The notes beneath the pieces were generated by a model. It saw nothing but the letters and a program-made list of their open reading frames with translations, was not told the DNA's origin and made no database searches. A program made the position numbers and the translations under genes. Below, one piece after another: positions 1-16,020 of a stretch of DNA of 64,000 nucleotides (positions are counted from its first letter, which is position 1; each line of letters starts with the position of its first letter). This stretch comes from Escherichia coli (lineage in GTDB: Bacteria; Pseudomonadota; Gammaproteobacteria; Enterobacterales; Enterobacteriaceae), in assembly GCF_003018255.1 (NCBI RefSeq), contig NZ_CP027440.1; one strand, given 5' to 3'.

Positions 1-50
1 GACAAATATTGATAGCCTGAATCAGTATTGATCTGCTGGCAAGAACAGAC

Positions 51-70
51 TACTGTATATAAAAACAGTA
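51..70 (+). promoter_or_regulatory. LexA (SOS) box upstream of umuDC
   Basis: Sequence TACTGTATATAAAAACAGTA matches the CTGT-N8-ACAG SOS box consensus about 20 nt upstream of the umuD start. Confidence 0.85.
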
Positions 71-89
71 TAACTTCAGGCAGATTATT

Positions 90-509
90 ATGTTGTTTAT
101 CAAGCCTGCGGATCTCCGCGAAATTGTGACTTTTCCGCTATTTAGCGATCTTGTTCAGTGTGGCTTTCCTTCACCGGCAGCAGATTACGTTGAACAGCGC
201 ATCGATCTGAATCAACTGTTGATCCAGCATCCCAGCGCGACTTACTTCGTCAAAGCAAGTGGTGATTCTATGATTGATGGTGGAATTAGTGACGGTGATT
301 TACTGATTGTCGATAGCGCTATTACCGCCAGCCATGGTGATATTGTCATCGCTGCTGTTGACGGCGAGTTTACGGTGAAAAAATTGCAACTACGCCCGAC
401 AGTGCAGCTTATTCCCATGAACAGTGCGTACTCGCCCATTACCATCAGTAGCGAAGATACGCTGGATGTCTTTGGTGTGGTGATCCACGTCGTTAAGGCG
501 ATGCGCTGA
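90..509 (+). CDS. umuD: UmuD, error-prone polymerase V accessory subunit (LexA-like self-cleaving protein)
   Basis: 139-aa ORF recognised as UmuD ([18 protein letters not shown]...), preceded by the LexA box; stop overlaps the umuC start. Confidence 0.95.
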
Positions 510-1777
510 TGTTTGCCCTCTGTGATGTAAACGCGTTTTATGCCAGCTGTGAGACGGTGTTTCGCCCTGATTTATGGGGTAAACCGGTGGTTGTGCTATC
601 GAATAATGACGGTTGCGTTATCGCCCGAAACGCTGAGGCAAAGGCGTTGGGCGTTAAAATGGGCGATCCCTGGTTCAAACAAAAAGATCTGTTTCGCCGC
701 TGTGGCGTGGTTTGCTTTAGCAGTAACTATGAGCTTTACGCCGATATGAGCAATCGGGTGATGTCGACGCTGGAAGAATTATCGCCCCGCGTCGAGATTT
801 ACAGTATTGATGAGGCATTCTGCGATCTGACCGGTGTGCGTAATTGTCGCGATCTGACTGATTTTGGCCGAGAAATTCGCGCAACGGTGCTACAACGTAC
901 CCATCTTACTGTTGGCGTGGGGATCGCCCAGACCAAAACGCTGGCTAAGCTTGCCAATCATGCGGCAAAAAAATGGCAGCGGCAGACGGGTGGGGTGGTG
1001 GATTTATCAAATCTGGAACGCCAGCGTAAATTAATGTCTGCTCTCCCCGTGGATGAAGTCTGGGGGATTGGACGGCGGATCAGCAAAAAACTGGACGCGA
1101 TGGGGATCAAAACCGTTCTCGATTTGGCGGGTACAGATATCCGGTTTATCCGTAAACATTTTAATGTCGTGCTCGAAAGAACGGTGCGTGAACTGCACGG
1201 TGAACCCTGTTTGCAACTGGAAGAGTTTGCACCGACGAAGCAGGAAATTATCTGTTCCCGTTCGTTTGGTGAACGCATCACGGATTATACGTCGATGCGG
1301 CAGGCCATTTGTAGTTACGCTGCCCGGGCGGCGGAAAAACTTCGCAGTGAGCATCAATATTGTCGGTTTATTTCCACGTTTATTAAGACGTCACCATTTG
1401 CGCTCAATGAACCTTATTACGGCAATAGCGCGTCGGTAAAACTGCTGACGCCCACTCAGGACAGCAGGGATATCATTAACGCCGCTACGCGATCTCTGGA
1501 TGCCATCTGGCAAGCGGGCCATCGCTACCAAAAAGCGGGCGTGATGCTGGGAGATTTCTTCAGTCAGGGAGTCGCGCAGCTCAATTTATTCGATGACAAC
1601 GCACCGCCCCCCGGGAGTGAGCAATTGATGGCGGTAATGGATACTCTGAATGCTAAAGAGGGCAGAGGAACACTCTATTTTGCCGGGCAGGGGATCCAAC
1701 AACAATGGCAGATGAAGCGAGCTATGCTTTCACCACGTTATACAACGCGAAGTTCTGATTTACTGCGGGTCAAATAA
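509..1777 (+). CDS. umuC: UmuC, DNA polymerase V catalytic subunit (Y-family)
   Basis: 422-aa ORF starting [15 protein letters not shown], the Y-family polymerase N-terminus; 1-nt overlap with umuD. Confidence 0.95.
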   Translation: MFALCDVNAFYASCETVFRPDLWGKPVVVLSNNDGCVIARNAEAKALGVKMGDPWFKQKDLFRRCGVVCFSSNYELYADMSNRVMSTLEELSPRVEIYSIDEAFCDLTGVRNCRDLTDFGREIRATVLQRTHLTVGVGIAQTKTLAKLANHAAKKWQRQTGGVVDLSNLERQRKLMSALPVDEVWGIGRRISKKLDAMGIKTVLDLAGTDIRFIRKHFNVVLERTVRELHGEPCLQLEEFAPTKQEIICSRSFGERITDYTSMRQAICSYAARAAEKLRSEHQYCRFISTFIKTSPFALNEPYYGNSASVKLLTPTQDSRDIINAATRSLDAIWQAGHRYQKAGVMLGDFFSQGVAQLNLFDDNAPPPGSEQLMAVMDTLNAKEGRGTLYFAGQGIQQQWQMKRAMLSPRYTTRSSDLLRVK

Positions 1778-1784
1778 ACATAGC

Positions 1785-1815
1785 GGCAGGAAAAAAGCGC
1801 TCCCGCAGGAGCGCT
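1785..1815. terminator. Hairpin between convergent umuC and dsbB (likely dsbB terminator)
   Basis: Inverted repeat AGCGCTCC-CGCA-GGAGCGCT at 1796..1815; an A-run precedes it on the plus strand, giving a T-run after the hairpin on the minus strand. Confidence 0.5.
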
Positions 1816-1822
1816 GAATGGA

Positions 1823-2353
1823 TTAGCGACCGAACAGGTCACGTTTTTTCGCTTTAAACGGCTGGGAAATCACCACCAGCACCGCGACAATCAGGTAAGC
1901 GATAAAAATACCGAGCAACCACTGCGGCATTTCCAGACCTAAAAAATCCCACTGACGCTCGGCGCAATCGCCAGAGGCGACAAACACTTGCGGCACCCAT
2001 TTATCCAGCGGCAGCCATTCCGGGAAACGAACCATAAAATCACAGGTCGCAAACGGCGAAGGATAGAGCTGAAGCATGGTGTGCTCGTAAGTTAACTGCA
2101 CACCGCGGAACGCACTATACAACCAGATAACCATCGCTACATAACGCAGCGGAGTTTTCGGGGCGATCGCGCCAATCAGCGCAGCACCCAGAACGCCGAA
2201 TAATGCGCAGCGTTCATAAATACAGAGCACGCAAGGTTTCAGTAACATCACATGCTGGAACCACAGTGCCGTCAGTTCCAGTGCCAGAGCGGTAAACGCC
2301 ATCAACAGCCACGCGCCCCGGCCTTGTGAACATTGGTTCAAAAATCGCAACAT
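1823..2353 (-). CDS. dsbB: DsbB, disulfide bond formation membrane protein
   Basis: ORF translation [20 protein letters not shown]... recognised as DsbB; start trimmed to the second Met of the track ORF to give 176 aa. Confidence 0.9.
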   Translation of the reverse strand: MLRFLNQCSQGRGAWLLMAFTALALELTALWFQHVMLLKPCVLCIYERCALFGVLGAALIGAIAPKTPLRYVAMVIWLYSAFRGVQLTYEHTMLQLYPSPFATCDFMVRFPEWLPLDKWVPQVFVASGDCAERQWDFLGLEMPQWLLGIFIAYLIVAVLVVISQPFKAKKRDLFGR

Positions 2354-2498
2354 AATCATTTCCCTGCAATATGCATAGAGTGCGCAGTTTAAACCAATTC
2401 ATTCGCTGCGCCACCAGGAGGCAGCAAAAATAGGACGCAATTGGACAATTATCGGGCGAAAAGGCAAACCGGGCATTTATATGCCCGGTAAGTTGTTA

Positions 2499-4040
2499 TC
2501 AAAGCGTTGCTATCCAGCCCATTTGCATAAACCATTCGGTTACAGGGGCAAGCGTAAACTCGACGCAAAGTAGTCCGACGAGTGTCAGGACGAGGGTGTA
2601 AGGCAGGGCCATCCACACCATGCGGCCATAAGAGAGGCGAATCAATGGCGCGAGTGCAGAGGTCAGCAGGAACAGGAACGCAGCCTGACCGTTCGGCGTA
2701 GCGACAGAGGGCAGATTGGTACCGGTATTAATGGCGACCGCCAGCAGCTCGTATTGCTTCAACGTGATAGCGCCACTTTCCATTGCCGCTTTCGCTTCGT
2801 TGATATAAATCGTCCCCACGAAGACGTTATCCGAAATGGATGACAGCAGACCGTTGAAAATATAGAACAGCGACAGCTGAGCATGTTCCGATGCCTGCAA
2901 CACAAACTGAATAATCGGCGAAAACAGTTGTTGGTCGATAATCACCGCGACTACCGAGAAAAACACCGTCAACAGTGCGGTGAATGGCAGAGATTCGGTG
3001 AAGGCTTTACCGATAGCATGTTCATCGGTGACACCGGTCAATGATGTCGCCAGAATAATGACTGACAAACCAATCAAGCCAACTTCCGCCAGATGCAACG
3101 CCAGCGCAGTCACCAGCCAGACGCCAATAATCGCCTGGACAATCAGACGGATTTTATCCTGACGGGTACGCTGGTGGCGGCTTTGATCGTCAAACTGTTG
3201 CAGTACTTCGCGGACTTTCTCCGGCAGCGTTTCACCATAGCCAAACCAACGCAGCTTCTCTACCAGCAGGCAGGTTAACAGGCCACAAATCAGAACCGGA
3301 ACGGTCACTGGCGACATGCGCAGGAAGAAATCGCCAAAATGCCAGCCAGCCGCTTTAGCGATGATCAGGTTCTGTGGTTCGCCCACCATGGTCATTACGC
3401 CGCCTAATGCGGTGCCGACACCGGCATGCATCATCAGGCTACGCAGAAAGCCACGGAACTGTTCCAGAACCACTTTGTAATGCTTGTCGATATGACTATC
3501 GTCTTGCAGGTCGGTATCTTCGGTACGGGAAGAGGCTACGCGGTGATAAATCCCATAAAAACCGACTGCAACGCTGATCACCACCGCCACGACGGTTAAG
3601 GCATCGAGGAACGCGGAGAGGAACGCCGCCGCCACGCAAAAAGAGAGCGACAGCAGCATTTTGGAGCGAATGCTTAACAGCAAACGGGTAAATATGAACA
3701 GCAACAGCTGTTTCATAAAATAGATACCCGCCACCATAAACATCAGTAACAGCAAGACTTCAAGATTTGCCGCCACCTCTTCACGGACGTGTTCCGCGCT
3801 GGTCATGCCGATGAATACCGCTTCGATAGCCAACAGGCCACCGGGGAGTAGCGGGTAGCATTTCAGGGCCATCGCCAGAGTGAAAATAAATTCCGCTACC
3901 AGCAACCAGCCAGCGACGAAAGGGCTGATGAGGAAAATTAACGGATTTACGATTAAGAAAATGATGAGGGCGAGTTTGTACCAGTCGGGGGACTGGCCCA
4001 AAAAATTGCGCCATAACGCGCGGCCCCAGGAGATCTCCAT
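2499..4040 (-). CDS. nhaB: NhaB Na+/H+ antiporter
   Basis: Polytopic membrane protein recognised as NhaB; start trimmed to [13 protein letters not shown] (513 aa) from the 531-aa track ORF. Confidence 0.9.
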
Positions 4041-4261
4041 GATGGTTTCCCTTACCTTACAAATAATCAATGATGTTTTTATGTTTAAACGCAAAGCTTA
4101 ACGGTCAGGCAGGAGTGAGGCAAGTCTTGATAGTCAAGGGTAAAGAGATGCGGAAAATGAAGCCTTGATCCCTTTTTTCTTCTTTTTGTCTGCTATCAGC
4201 GTAGTTAGCCCTCTGGTATGATGAGTCCAACTTTGTTTTGCTGTGTTATGGAAATCTCACT

Positions 4262-4981
4262 ATGGTCATTAAGGCGCAAAGCCCGGCGGGTTTCGCGGAA
4301 GAGTACATTATTGAAAGTATCTGGAATAACCGCTTCCCTCCCGGGACTATTTTGCCCGCAGAACGTGAACTTTCAGAATTAATTGGCGTAACGCGTACTA
4401 CGTTACGTGAAGTGTTACAACGTCTGGCACGAGATGGCTGGTTGACCATTCAACACGGCAAGCCGACGAAGGTGAATAATTTCTGGGAAACCTCCGGTTT
4501 AAATATCCTTGAAACACTGGCACGACTGGATCACGAAAGTGTGCCGCAGCTTATTGATAATTTGCTGTCGGTGCGTACCAATATTTCAACGATTTTTATT
4601 CGCACCGCGTTTCGTCAGCATCCTGATAAAGCGCAGGAAGTACTGGCAACCGCTAATGAAGTGGCCGATCACGCCGATGCCTTTGCCGAGCTGGATTACA
4701 ACATATTCCGCGGTCTGGCATTTGCTTCCGGCAACCCGATTTACGGTCTGATCCTTAACGGGATGAAAGGGCTGTATACGCGCATTGGTCGTCACTATTT
4801 CGCCAATCCGGAAGCGCGCAGTCTGGCGCTGGGTTTCTACCACAAACTGTCGGCATTGTGCAGTGAAGGCGCACACGATCAGGTATACGAAACAGTGCGT
4901 CGCTATGGGCATGAGAGCGGCGAGATTTGGCACCGGATGCAGAAAAATCTGCCGGGTGATTTAGCCATTCAGGGGCGATAA
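4262..4981 (+). CDS. fadR: FadR, GntR-family fatty acid metabolism regulator
   Basis: Translation [60 protein letters not shown] is the FadR HTH N-terminus; 239 aa from the internal Met. Confidence 0.95.
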
Positions 4982-5000
4982 TCCCTTCCGTTTAAAAAGC

Positions 5001-5030
5001 AAACCCCTCAAACGAGGGGTTTTGTTGTTT
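5001..5030. terminator. Bidirectional rho-independent terminator between fadR and ycgB
   Basis: Hairpin CCCCTC-AAAC-GAGGGG followed by TTTTGTTGTTTTT on plus and a T-rich run on minus. Confidence 0.7.
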
Positions 5031-6563
5031 TTACAGATTTCCCATTCTCGGCGGGCAACGTTCCAGCAACTCGACGCTGCCGTCTTCGTTTTGCTGTTCC
5101 AGCATTACATCAAATCCCCACAGGCGATGCACATGCTTCAGTACTTCTTTGCGCCCCCGATCTAGCGGTGCGCGATTATGTGGAATGTAACGCAGCGTCA
5201 GCGAACGGTCGCCGCGCAAATCCACGTTCCAGATCTGAATATTCGGCTCCAGATTACTTAAATTATATTGAGACGATAACCGGTTACGGATCTCCCGATA
5301 ACCTTCTTCATTATGAATAGCGGAAATCTCCAGATAATTATGCCGATCGTCATCCAGCACGGTGAAGAAGCGGAAATCACGCATCACTTTCGGTGACAGG
5401 AACTGGCTGATAAAACTCTCATCTTTGAAATCACGCATCGCGAAATGCAGCGTTTCCAGCCAGTCGGAACCGGCGATATCCGGGAACCAGTATTTGTCTT
5501 CTTCCGTTGGCGACTGACAAATCCGTTTAATATCCTGGAACATGGCGAACCCGAGGGCATACGGGTTGATGCCGCTGTACCACGGGCTGTTATAGGGTGG
5601 CTGGAAGACCACATTGGTGTGGCTGTGCAAAAACTCCAGCATAAAACGTTCCGTTACTTTCCCTTCATCATACAGATGGTTAAGGATGGTGTAGTGCCAG
5701 AAGGTCGCCCAGCCTTCGTTCATCACCTGAGTCTGTTTTTGCGGATAAAAATACTGGCTCACCTTACGCACAATACGCAGAATTTCACGCTGCCATGATT
5801 CCAGCAGTGGCGCATTTTTCTCCATAAAATAGAGCAGGTTTTCTTGTGGCTCGGACGGATAGCGGCGCGCTTCAGCAACCGTTTTCTCTTCCTCGCGCTT
5901 CGGCAGGGTACGCCAGAGCATATTGACCTGACTTTGCAGATACTCTTCGCGACTTTTCTGCCGGGCTTTCTCTTCTTGCAGCGAGATTTTTTGCGGGCGT
6001 TTGTACCGGTCCACGCCGTAGTTCATCAGCGCGTGGCACGAGTCCAGAAGCCGTTCTACTTCATCAACGCCATAACGTTCTTCGCACTCGGTAATATATT
6101 TACGGGCAAAAATCAGATAATCGACAATCGAACTGGCGTCGGTCCAGCTACGGAATAAGTAATTGTTTTTGAAGAAAGAGTTATGCCCATAGCAGGCGTG
6201 TGCCATCACCAGCGCTTGCATGGTAATGGTGTTTTCTTCCATCAGGTAAGCGATACACGGGTTAGAGTTAATGACGATTTCATAGGCCAGTCCTTGCTGA
6301 CCGTGCTTATACAGCCGTTCAGTCTCGATAAACTTTTTACCGAATGACCAGTGCGGATAGTTAATTGGCATGCCGACGCTGGAGTAGGCATCCATCATCT
6401 GTTCTGAGGTTATCACTTCAATCTGGTGCGGGTAGGTATCCAGCCGGTAGAGTTTCGCCACCCGGTCTATCTCTGCCAGATAAACATCCAGCAGGTCGAA
6501 CGTCCAGTCGGGTCCATCGCTCAAACGTGTGGTGTCCTTATTCATAGAATCGATCGTCGCCAT
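5031..6563 (-). CDS. ycgB: YcgB, SpoVR-family protein
   Basis: 510-aa ORF recognised as the conserved enterobacterial YcgB at its usual place between fadR and dadA. Confidence 0.85.
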   Translation of the reverse strand: MATIDSMNKDTTRLSDGPDWTFDLLDVYLAEIDRVAKLYRLDTYPHQIEVITSEQMMDAYSSVGMPINYPHWSFGKKFIETERLYKHGQQGLAYEIVINSNPCIAYLMEENTITMQALVMAHACYGHNSFFKNNYLFRSWTDASSIVDYLIFARKYITECEERYGVDEVERLLDSCHALMNYGVDRYKRPQKISLQEEKARQKSREEYLQSQVNMLWRTLPKREEEKTVAEARRYPSEPQENLLYFMEKNAPLLESWQREILRIVRKVSQYFYPQKQTQVMNEGWATFWHYTILNHLYDEGKVTERFMLEFLHSHTNVVFQPPYNSPWYSGINPYALGFAMFQDIKRICQSPTEEDKYWFPDIAGSDWLETLHFAMRDFKDESFISQFLSPKVMRDFRFFTVLDDDRHNYLEISAIHNEEGYREIRNRLSSQYNLSNLEPNIQIWNVDLRGDRSLTLRYIPHNRAPLDRGRKEVLKHVHRLWGFDVMLEQQNEDGSVELLERCPPRMGNL

Positions 6564-6779
6564 ACGCGCACCTCATTGTTGTCGGCGCTCTCTGTGTGGA
6601 GCACCTCATTTCAAGCATAGAACACCTGTTAAAAACCGCGTCGCCGGAGAATTTTTTTCTTTGCGATTTCTTATTATCAGAGTGCCACTAATCCGCTTCT
6701 GAACGGAATTTTATGCTGGATAAAAAGGGCGTTCAGCAGGAGATACTAAAGACGCCATATTGCCGCAGAGTCAGGGAGA

Positions 6780-6795
6780 TGTGAGCCAGCTCACC
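6780..6795 (+). promoter_or_regulatory. Candidate CRP site in dadAX promoter region
   Basis: TGTGAGCCAGCTCACC resembles the CRP consensus TGTGA-N6-TCACA, about 100 nt upstream of dadA; dadAX is known to be CRP-activated. Confidence 0.55.
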
Positions 6796-6847
6796 ATAAA
6801 AAAGCCGCATGTTGAATAATATTTTCAACTGAGTTATCAAGATGTAA

Positions 6848-8191
<1,344 letters not shown>

Positions 8192-8200
8192 GGAAACGAG

Positions 8201-9271
8201 ATGACCCGTCCGATACAGGCCAGCCTCGATCTGCAGGCATTAAAACAGAATCTGTCCATTGTCCGCCAGGCTGCGCCGTACGCGCGCGTCTGGTCGGTGG
8301 TAAAAGCAAACGCTTACGGGCACGGTATTGAGCGTATCTGGAGCGCGCTCGGGGCCACCGATGGCTTTGCATTGCTTAATCTGGAAGAGGCAATAACGTT
8401 ACGTGAGCGCGGCTGGAAAGGACCGATCCTGATGCTGGAAGGATTTTTCCATGCTCAGGATCTGGAGATTTATGACCAGCACCGCCTGACCACCTGCGTA
8501 CACAGCAACTGGCAGCTCAAAGCACTGCAAAATGCGCGGCTAAAAGCACCGTTGGATATTTATCTTAAAGTGAACAGTGGGATGAATCGGTTGGGCTTCC
8601 AGCCCGATCGCGTGCTTACCGTCTGGCAGCAGTTGCGGGCGATGGCGAATGTTGGCGAAATGACCCTGATGTCGCATTTTGCCGAGGCGGAACATCCTGA
8701 TGGAATTTCCAGCGCGATGGCGCGTATTGAGCAGGCGGCGGAAGGGCTGGAGTGTCGGCGTTCGTTGTCCAATTCGGCGGCGACTCTGTGGCACCCGGAA
8801 GCGCATTTTGACTGGGTTCGGCCTGGCATTATTTTGTATGGCGCTTCGCCGTCCGGTCAGTGGCGTGATATCGCCAATACCGGATTACGTCCGGTGATGA
8901 CGCTAAGCAGTGAGATTATTGGTGTCCAGACGCTAAAAGCGGGCGAGCGTGTGGGCTACGGCGGTCGCTATACTGCGCGCGATGAACAGCGAATCGGCAT
9001 TGTCGCCGCAGGATACGCCGACGGTTATCCGCGCCATGCGCCTACCGGTACTCCTGTTTTAGTGGACGGCGTGCGCACCATGACGGTGGGGACCGTCTCG
9101 ATGGATATGCTGGCGGTTGATTTAACGCCTTGCCCGCAGGCGGGGATTGGTACGCCGGTTGAGCTGTGGGGCAAGGAGATCAAAATTGATGATGTCGCCG
9201 CCGCTGCCGGAACGGTGGGCTATGAGTTGATGTGCGCGCTGGCGTTACGTGTCCCGGTTGTGACAGTGTAA
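8201..9271 (+). CDS. dadX: Catabolic alanine racemase
   Basis: 356-aa ORF containing the PLP-lysine motif [10 protein letters not shown]; operonic with dadA. Confidence 0.95.
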   Translation: MTRPIQASLDLQALKQNLSIVRQAAPYARVWSVVKANAYGHGIERIWSALGATDGFALLNLEEAITLRERGWKGPILMLEGFFHAQDLEIYDQHRLTTCVHSNWQLKALQNARLKAPLDIYLKVNSGMNRLGFQPDRVLTVWQQLRAMANVGEMTLMSHFAEAEHPDGISSAMARIEQAAEGLECRRSLSNSAATLWHPEAHFDWVRPGIILYGASPSGQWRDIANTGLRPVMTLSSEIIGVQTLKAGERVGYGGRYTARDEQRIGIVAAGYADGYPRHAPTGTPVLVDGVRTMTVGTVSMDMLAVDLTPCPQAGIGTPVELWGKEIKIDDVAAAAGTVGYELMCALALRVPVVTV

Positions 9272-9327
9272 CTTGTTATCGCTGGATGCGACCAGCGTCG
9301 TATCCAGCGTTACAAAACACATTAAAC

Positions 9328-11112
<1,785 letters not shown>

Positions 11113-11158
11113 TTAGCGGCAGAGACAGCGTTTTACTTAGCCCTGAAGCGTGATTTTT

Positions 11159-12784
<1,626 letters not shown>

Positions 12785-12785
12785 A

Positions 12786-13520
12786 TCAGTCGCGCACTTT
12801 GTCCGCTTTCTCCCGAGCTTCCCGCTCGAGAGAGAAAATAATCCGTTGTAATTGCCGCTCCACCGTCGGGCTGACGTTAAGAAAACGGAAGCTCAGACGG
12901 GGAGTGGTGATGGTTTCATTCCTGCCATCAATCACTTTGCGCTCGCTGATGGAGATTAACTGGGCGTCAAAGTGAAAAACACCCCATTGCCCCATGTTGA
13001 CTTCAATCTGAGCGAAGCGCATGCCTTCGTGCAATCCGGCAGGCTTTGTTGTTTCCAGTAATGCGCCCATGCCGCCTAACGACAAATCATACAGGCGGAA
13101 ACGTAACGTACTGTTATCCGCCAGTTTGGTCTGGCAAAAATATGGCGGATGGAGTGGGGCGGTGATGCGGAAATATCGGCGTCGTTGTACAAACCATAAG
13201 GTGGGAGGCGGTACGGTAATAAATGCCGGAAGCTGCAAGTATTCACTCTGCTGTAGTTGTTCAACAGTAAACTCGACTTTCGCACCCTGAGTTTCGGCGG
13301 TAATGGTAATGTGCTGCGCCTTTAGCACGGCGATGTTGTCTTCGGCCCGGCTGCCGAAATCCAGCACCAGTTTATCCGGAGTTATTGCCAGTATTTTGCT
13401 GATCAGCTGCCCGCCATTCCAGCTAATACGCAAAGGAATTGCGGCTTTGTGCAAATCGCGTAACACGCCCAGGACGGCTAACGGATTTTGTTTCAGGAAC
13501 TGCTCATGGTAATGACTCAC
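12786..13520 (-). CDS. ycgR: YcgR, c-di-GMP-binding flagellar brake protein (PilZ domain)
   Basis: 244-aa ORF with the PilZ motif region RRRYFRI and DLSLGG. Confidence 0.9.
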   Translation of the reverse strand: MSHYHEQFLKQNPLAVLGVLRDLHKAAIPLRISWNGGQLISKILAITPDKLVLDFGSRAEDNIAVLKAQHITITAETQGAKVEFTVEQLQQSEYLQLPAFITVPPPTLWFVQRRRYFRITAPLHPPYFCQTKLADNSTLRFRLYDLSLGGMGALLETTKPAGLHEGMRFAQIEVNMGQWGVFHFDAQLISISERKVIDGRNETITTPRLSFRFLNVSPTVERQLQRIIFSLEREAREKADKVRD

Positions 13521-13720
13521 GCGGAAAAACTCCTGACTGACAAACTGTCTTAGGTTTATCGGTCACAGTTAACAAAACTTAATACAAATGCGTGAATGTT
13601 TTTTACATGTCGTTCTTAAATCAGCCGACATACGCCCAGCATCGATCCCGCCCTTGCCTATACTTAGAGCGTTGACGTAAGCATTTCTTGCGTCCGATTC
13701 ATCGAAACGAGGGCCTGAAC

Positions 13721-13975
13721 ATGGGAATTATTGCCTGGATTATTTTTGGCCTGATAGCCGGCATAATCGCCAAGCTAATCATGCCGGGACGTGATGGTGG
13801 TGGATTTTTCCTGACCTGTATTCTCGGGATAGTCGGTGCGGTGGTCGGCGGCTGGCTGGCGACCATGTTTGGCATTGGCGGCTCCATCAGTGGTTTTAAT
13901 TTGCACAGCTTCCTGGTGGCGGTGGTGGGCGCTATCCTGGTGCTGGGCGTATTCCGCCTTCTGCGAAGAGAATAA
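13721..13975 (+). CDS. ymgE: YmgE, transglycosylase-associated (GlsB/YeaQ/YmgE family) small membrane protein
   Basis: 84-aa glycine-rich membrane peptide MGIIAWIIFGLIAGIIAKLIMPGRDGGGF; start trimmed from the track ORF. Confidence 0.85.
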   Translation: MGIIAWIIFGLIAGIIAKLIMPGRDGGGFFLTCILGIVGAVVGGWLATMFGIGGSISGFNLHSFLVAVVGAILVLGVFRLLRRE

Positions 13976-13987
13976 GATTTTCATAAG

Positions 13988-14020
13988 GCGGATAGCGATA
14001 CATATGCCGCTATCCGCTTT
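13988..14020 (+). terminator. Hairpin terminator after ymgE at the left border of the accessory operon
   Basis: Perfect 10-bp stem GCGGATAGCG / CGCTATCCGC with a 10-nt loop, followed by TTT; lies between the ymgE stop and the receptor gene stop. Confidence 0.55.
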
Positions 14021-14024
14021 CACA

Positions 14025-15995
14025 TCAGAACGTATACTCGATACCTGCCCAGAAATTGCGACCTTCTTCAATAAACCCTTCACTGTAGGCATATTTGGTA
14101 TCAAACAGGTTATTGACCGACGCATTGACGCTGAAGCCATGACCTAAGGTGTAATCGGCTCGAATGTGAGTCACCGCAAAACCGGCGGCTTTTTGTGAAC
14201 CGTCACTGTTGCTGTAGCTGGAGGAACGCGCCTCTTCCGACAGCGTTACGCTTAACGGCTCCCACGGTTTGAGAGTCATCCATGCGGTCATTGTCTGCGT
14301 TGGCAGATCGGTTATCTTGCCGATGTCTTTGCGTTTGGCATCAGCGTGGATCAGGGCGTAGCTCAATCCTACATCCAGTATATTGCTGATTTTCCCCTTA
14401 ATACCGGCATCCAGACCGCTGTAATCCACCGTGCCGCTGTTCTGATTTTGAATGGTATCGGCATCGATATTGTGCGAGAGGATGGCATCACTCACCCGGT
14501 TATAGTAAACGCTGACCTCAAACCCCCAGTCGTGCGTGAAGGCACCATTCCAGGTTAAATCCACCCCGCGCGCGCGTTCCGGCTTGAGCTGCGGGTTAAC
14601 AATCGCTATCTGGTTATACGCAGGTTTGGACGTGGTATAGCGTTCTTTCAGCGTCGGAAAGCGTGTGCGGTCATAGTACGAAAGCGCCAGCGTGTCTTCA
14701 TTGGCAAAGTGGTATTTCCCCATCACCTGCCAGTTAAAAGCTGACTGATTGTTGTCGTCATAATGGGTGATACTGCCATCTTTCTCATGTTTTTTCGCTT
14801 CTACGCTATCGCGCCAGTCATAGCTGATTCCAGCCACGACATCGACATTATCGGCAGCAGCCCATTGATATTCACTGGCGAGCGACCAGGTACGATCTTC
14901 ATAGCGATCGTAAGCGGCGTGCGGCGCACCTTTTTCCCGGTGTACGTCATCTTTCCAGTTAACGGCAAACGACAGCAGATCGTTTTCACGCACATCGGCT
15001 GCCAGTTGTAACCCGGCACCGTCGCTGTAATCGGAATAATGGCTGTAGCTGCCTTTTTTATTTTTCAAATCAGCCAGCGAGTTGTACATCATCAGCGTAT
15101 TTTCAAAGGTATCGCGATACAGCCGACTTTTCAGGGTAAAACGATCGTTTAGTTGGGTCGTTCCCTGATAATAAAAACTTTCTTTGTCATACTCTGGCCA
15201 CTGCCAGTAGCGTGATTTTTGACCACTATTTCCACTGTATGGCGGATTATCTTTTTCACCATCCTGCTTAATGTAAGTCAATGTGTATTCATCGTTTTCG
15301 CGTGGTGTAAAACCGAGCTTCACAATGCCGCGTTTATCATCAGCCGATGAATTAATCATCTTGCCGTGTTTGCCTGCAATATCATTATTTACACCATGCG
15401 GCAGGCCGAGAAAATCCTGCTTTAGCTGGCTACCGCTGACTTGCAAATACCCCAGATCGCTGCTGGCGGCAAATGAAGCATGCATATCGTAGGCATTGTC
15501 CTGGCTACGGCTCCATCCCTGGCGATATCCCAGATTTGCTTCCAGAGGTTTTGTTGGCTTCTGGGTGGTGATATTAATGGCTCCGCCCATCTGATTAGGC
15601 CCCTGAAGCAGCGACGAATACCCTTTGGAAACTTCAACTGCCCCCAAATTGTTGGTCAGAATCCGCGCCAGATCGAGGTTGCCGTCATAGGGAACATAAA
15701 TGGGCACACCGTCGAAATAGACTGGCACCTGACGACTATCAAAGCCACGAACTTTGACCTGTTCTTCGTTGCGGCTACCTGACTTTTGCAGCACCACGCC
15801 GGGGACGACACTTAATGCCTGAGCGACATTCTGTTTATCCAGGGCCTTCATGGTGGGGTGATCGAGAACGGTGGTCGTCGTCGATGATACCGGACTGGAC
15901 CATACGGTCAGCGTGTCACTCTCCTGAGCCGCTAAGGCCTGCTGGGTAAAGGCAAGTGATAATGCTGTGCAGAGATAACGTTTTTTGAGTCTCAT
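14025..15995 (-). CDS. TonB-dependent outer-membrane receptor (accessory, not in K-12 layout)
   Basis: About 656 aa with signal peptide MRLKKRYLCTALSLAFTQQALA, TonB-box-like DTLTVWS near the mature N-terminus, and a C-terminal aromatic residue (…AGIEYTF); start set to the second Met. Confidence 0.85.
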   Translation of the reverse strand: MRLKKRYLCTALSLAFTQQALAAQESDTLTVWSSPVSSTTTTVLDHPTMKALDKQNVAQALSVVPGVVLQKSGSRNEEQVKVRGFDSRQVPVYFDGVPIYVPYDGNLDLARILTNNLGAVEVSKGYSSLLQGPNQMGGAINITTQKPTKPLEANLGYRQGWSRSQDNAYDMHASFAASSDLGYLQVSGSQLKQDFLGLPHGVNNDIAGKHGKMINSSADDKRGIVKLGFTPRENDEYTLTYIKQDGEKDNPPYSGNSGQKSRYWQWPEYDKESFYYQGTTQLNDRFTLKSRLYRDTFENTLMMYNSLADLKNKKGSYSHYSDYSDGAGLQLAADVRENDLLSFAVNWKDDVHREKGAPHAAYDRYEDRTWSLASEYQWAAADNVDVVAGISYDWRDSVEAKKHEKDGSITHYDDNNQSAFNWQVMGKYHFANEDTLALSYYDRTRFPTLKERYTTSKPAYNQIAIVNPQLKPERARGVDLTWNGAFTHDWGFEVSVYYNRVSDAILSHNIDADTIQNQNSGTVDYSGLDAGIKGKISNILDVGLSYALIHADAKRKDIGKITDLPTQTMTAWMTLKPWEPLSVTLSEEARSSSYSNSDGSQKAAGFAVTHIRADYTLGHGFSVNASVNNLFDTKYAYSEGFIEEGRNFWAGIEYTF

Positions 15996-16020
15996 AGAAT
16001 AAATTCCGTTTAACAAAGAA

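Noticed and set aside
9280-9310. Inverted repeat between dadX and cvrA as a terminator
   Set aside because: The stems (GCTGGAT/ATCCAGC) are present but no T-run follows on either strand, so I could not support it as an intrinsic terminator; it may be a REP-like element or nothing.
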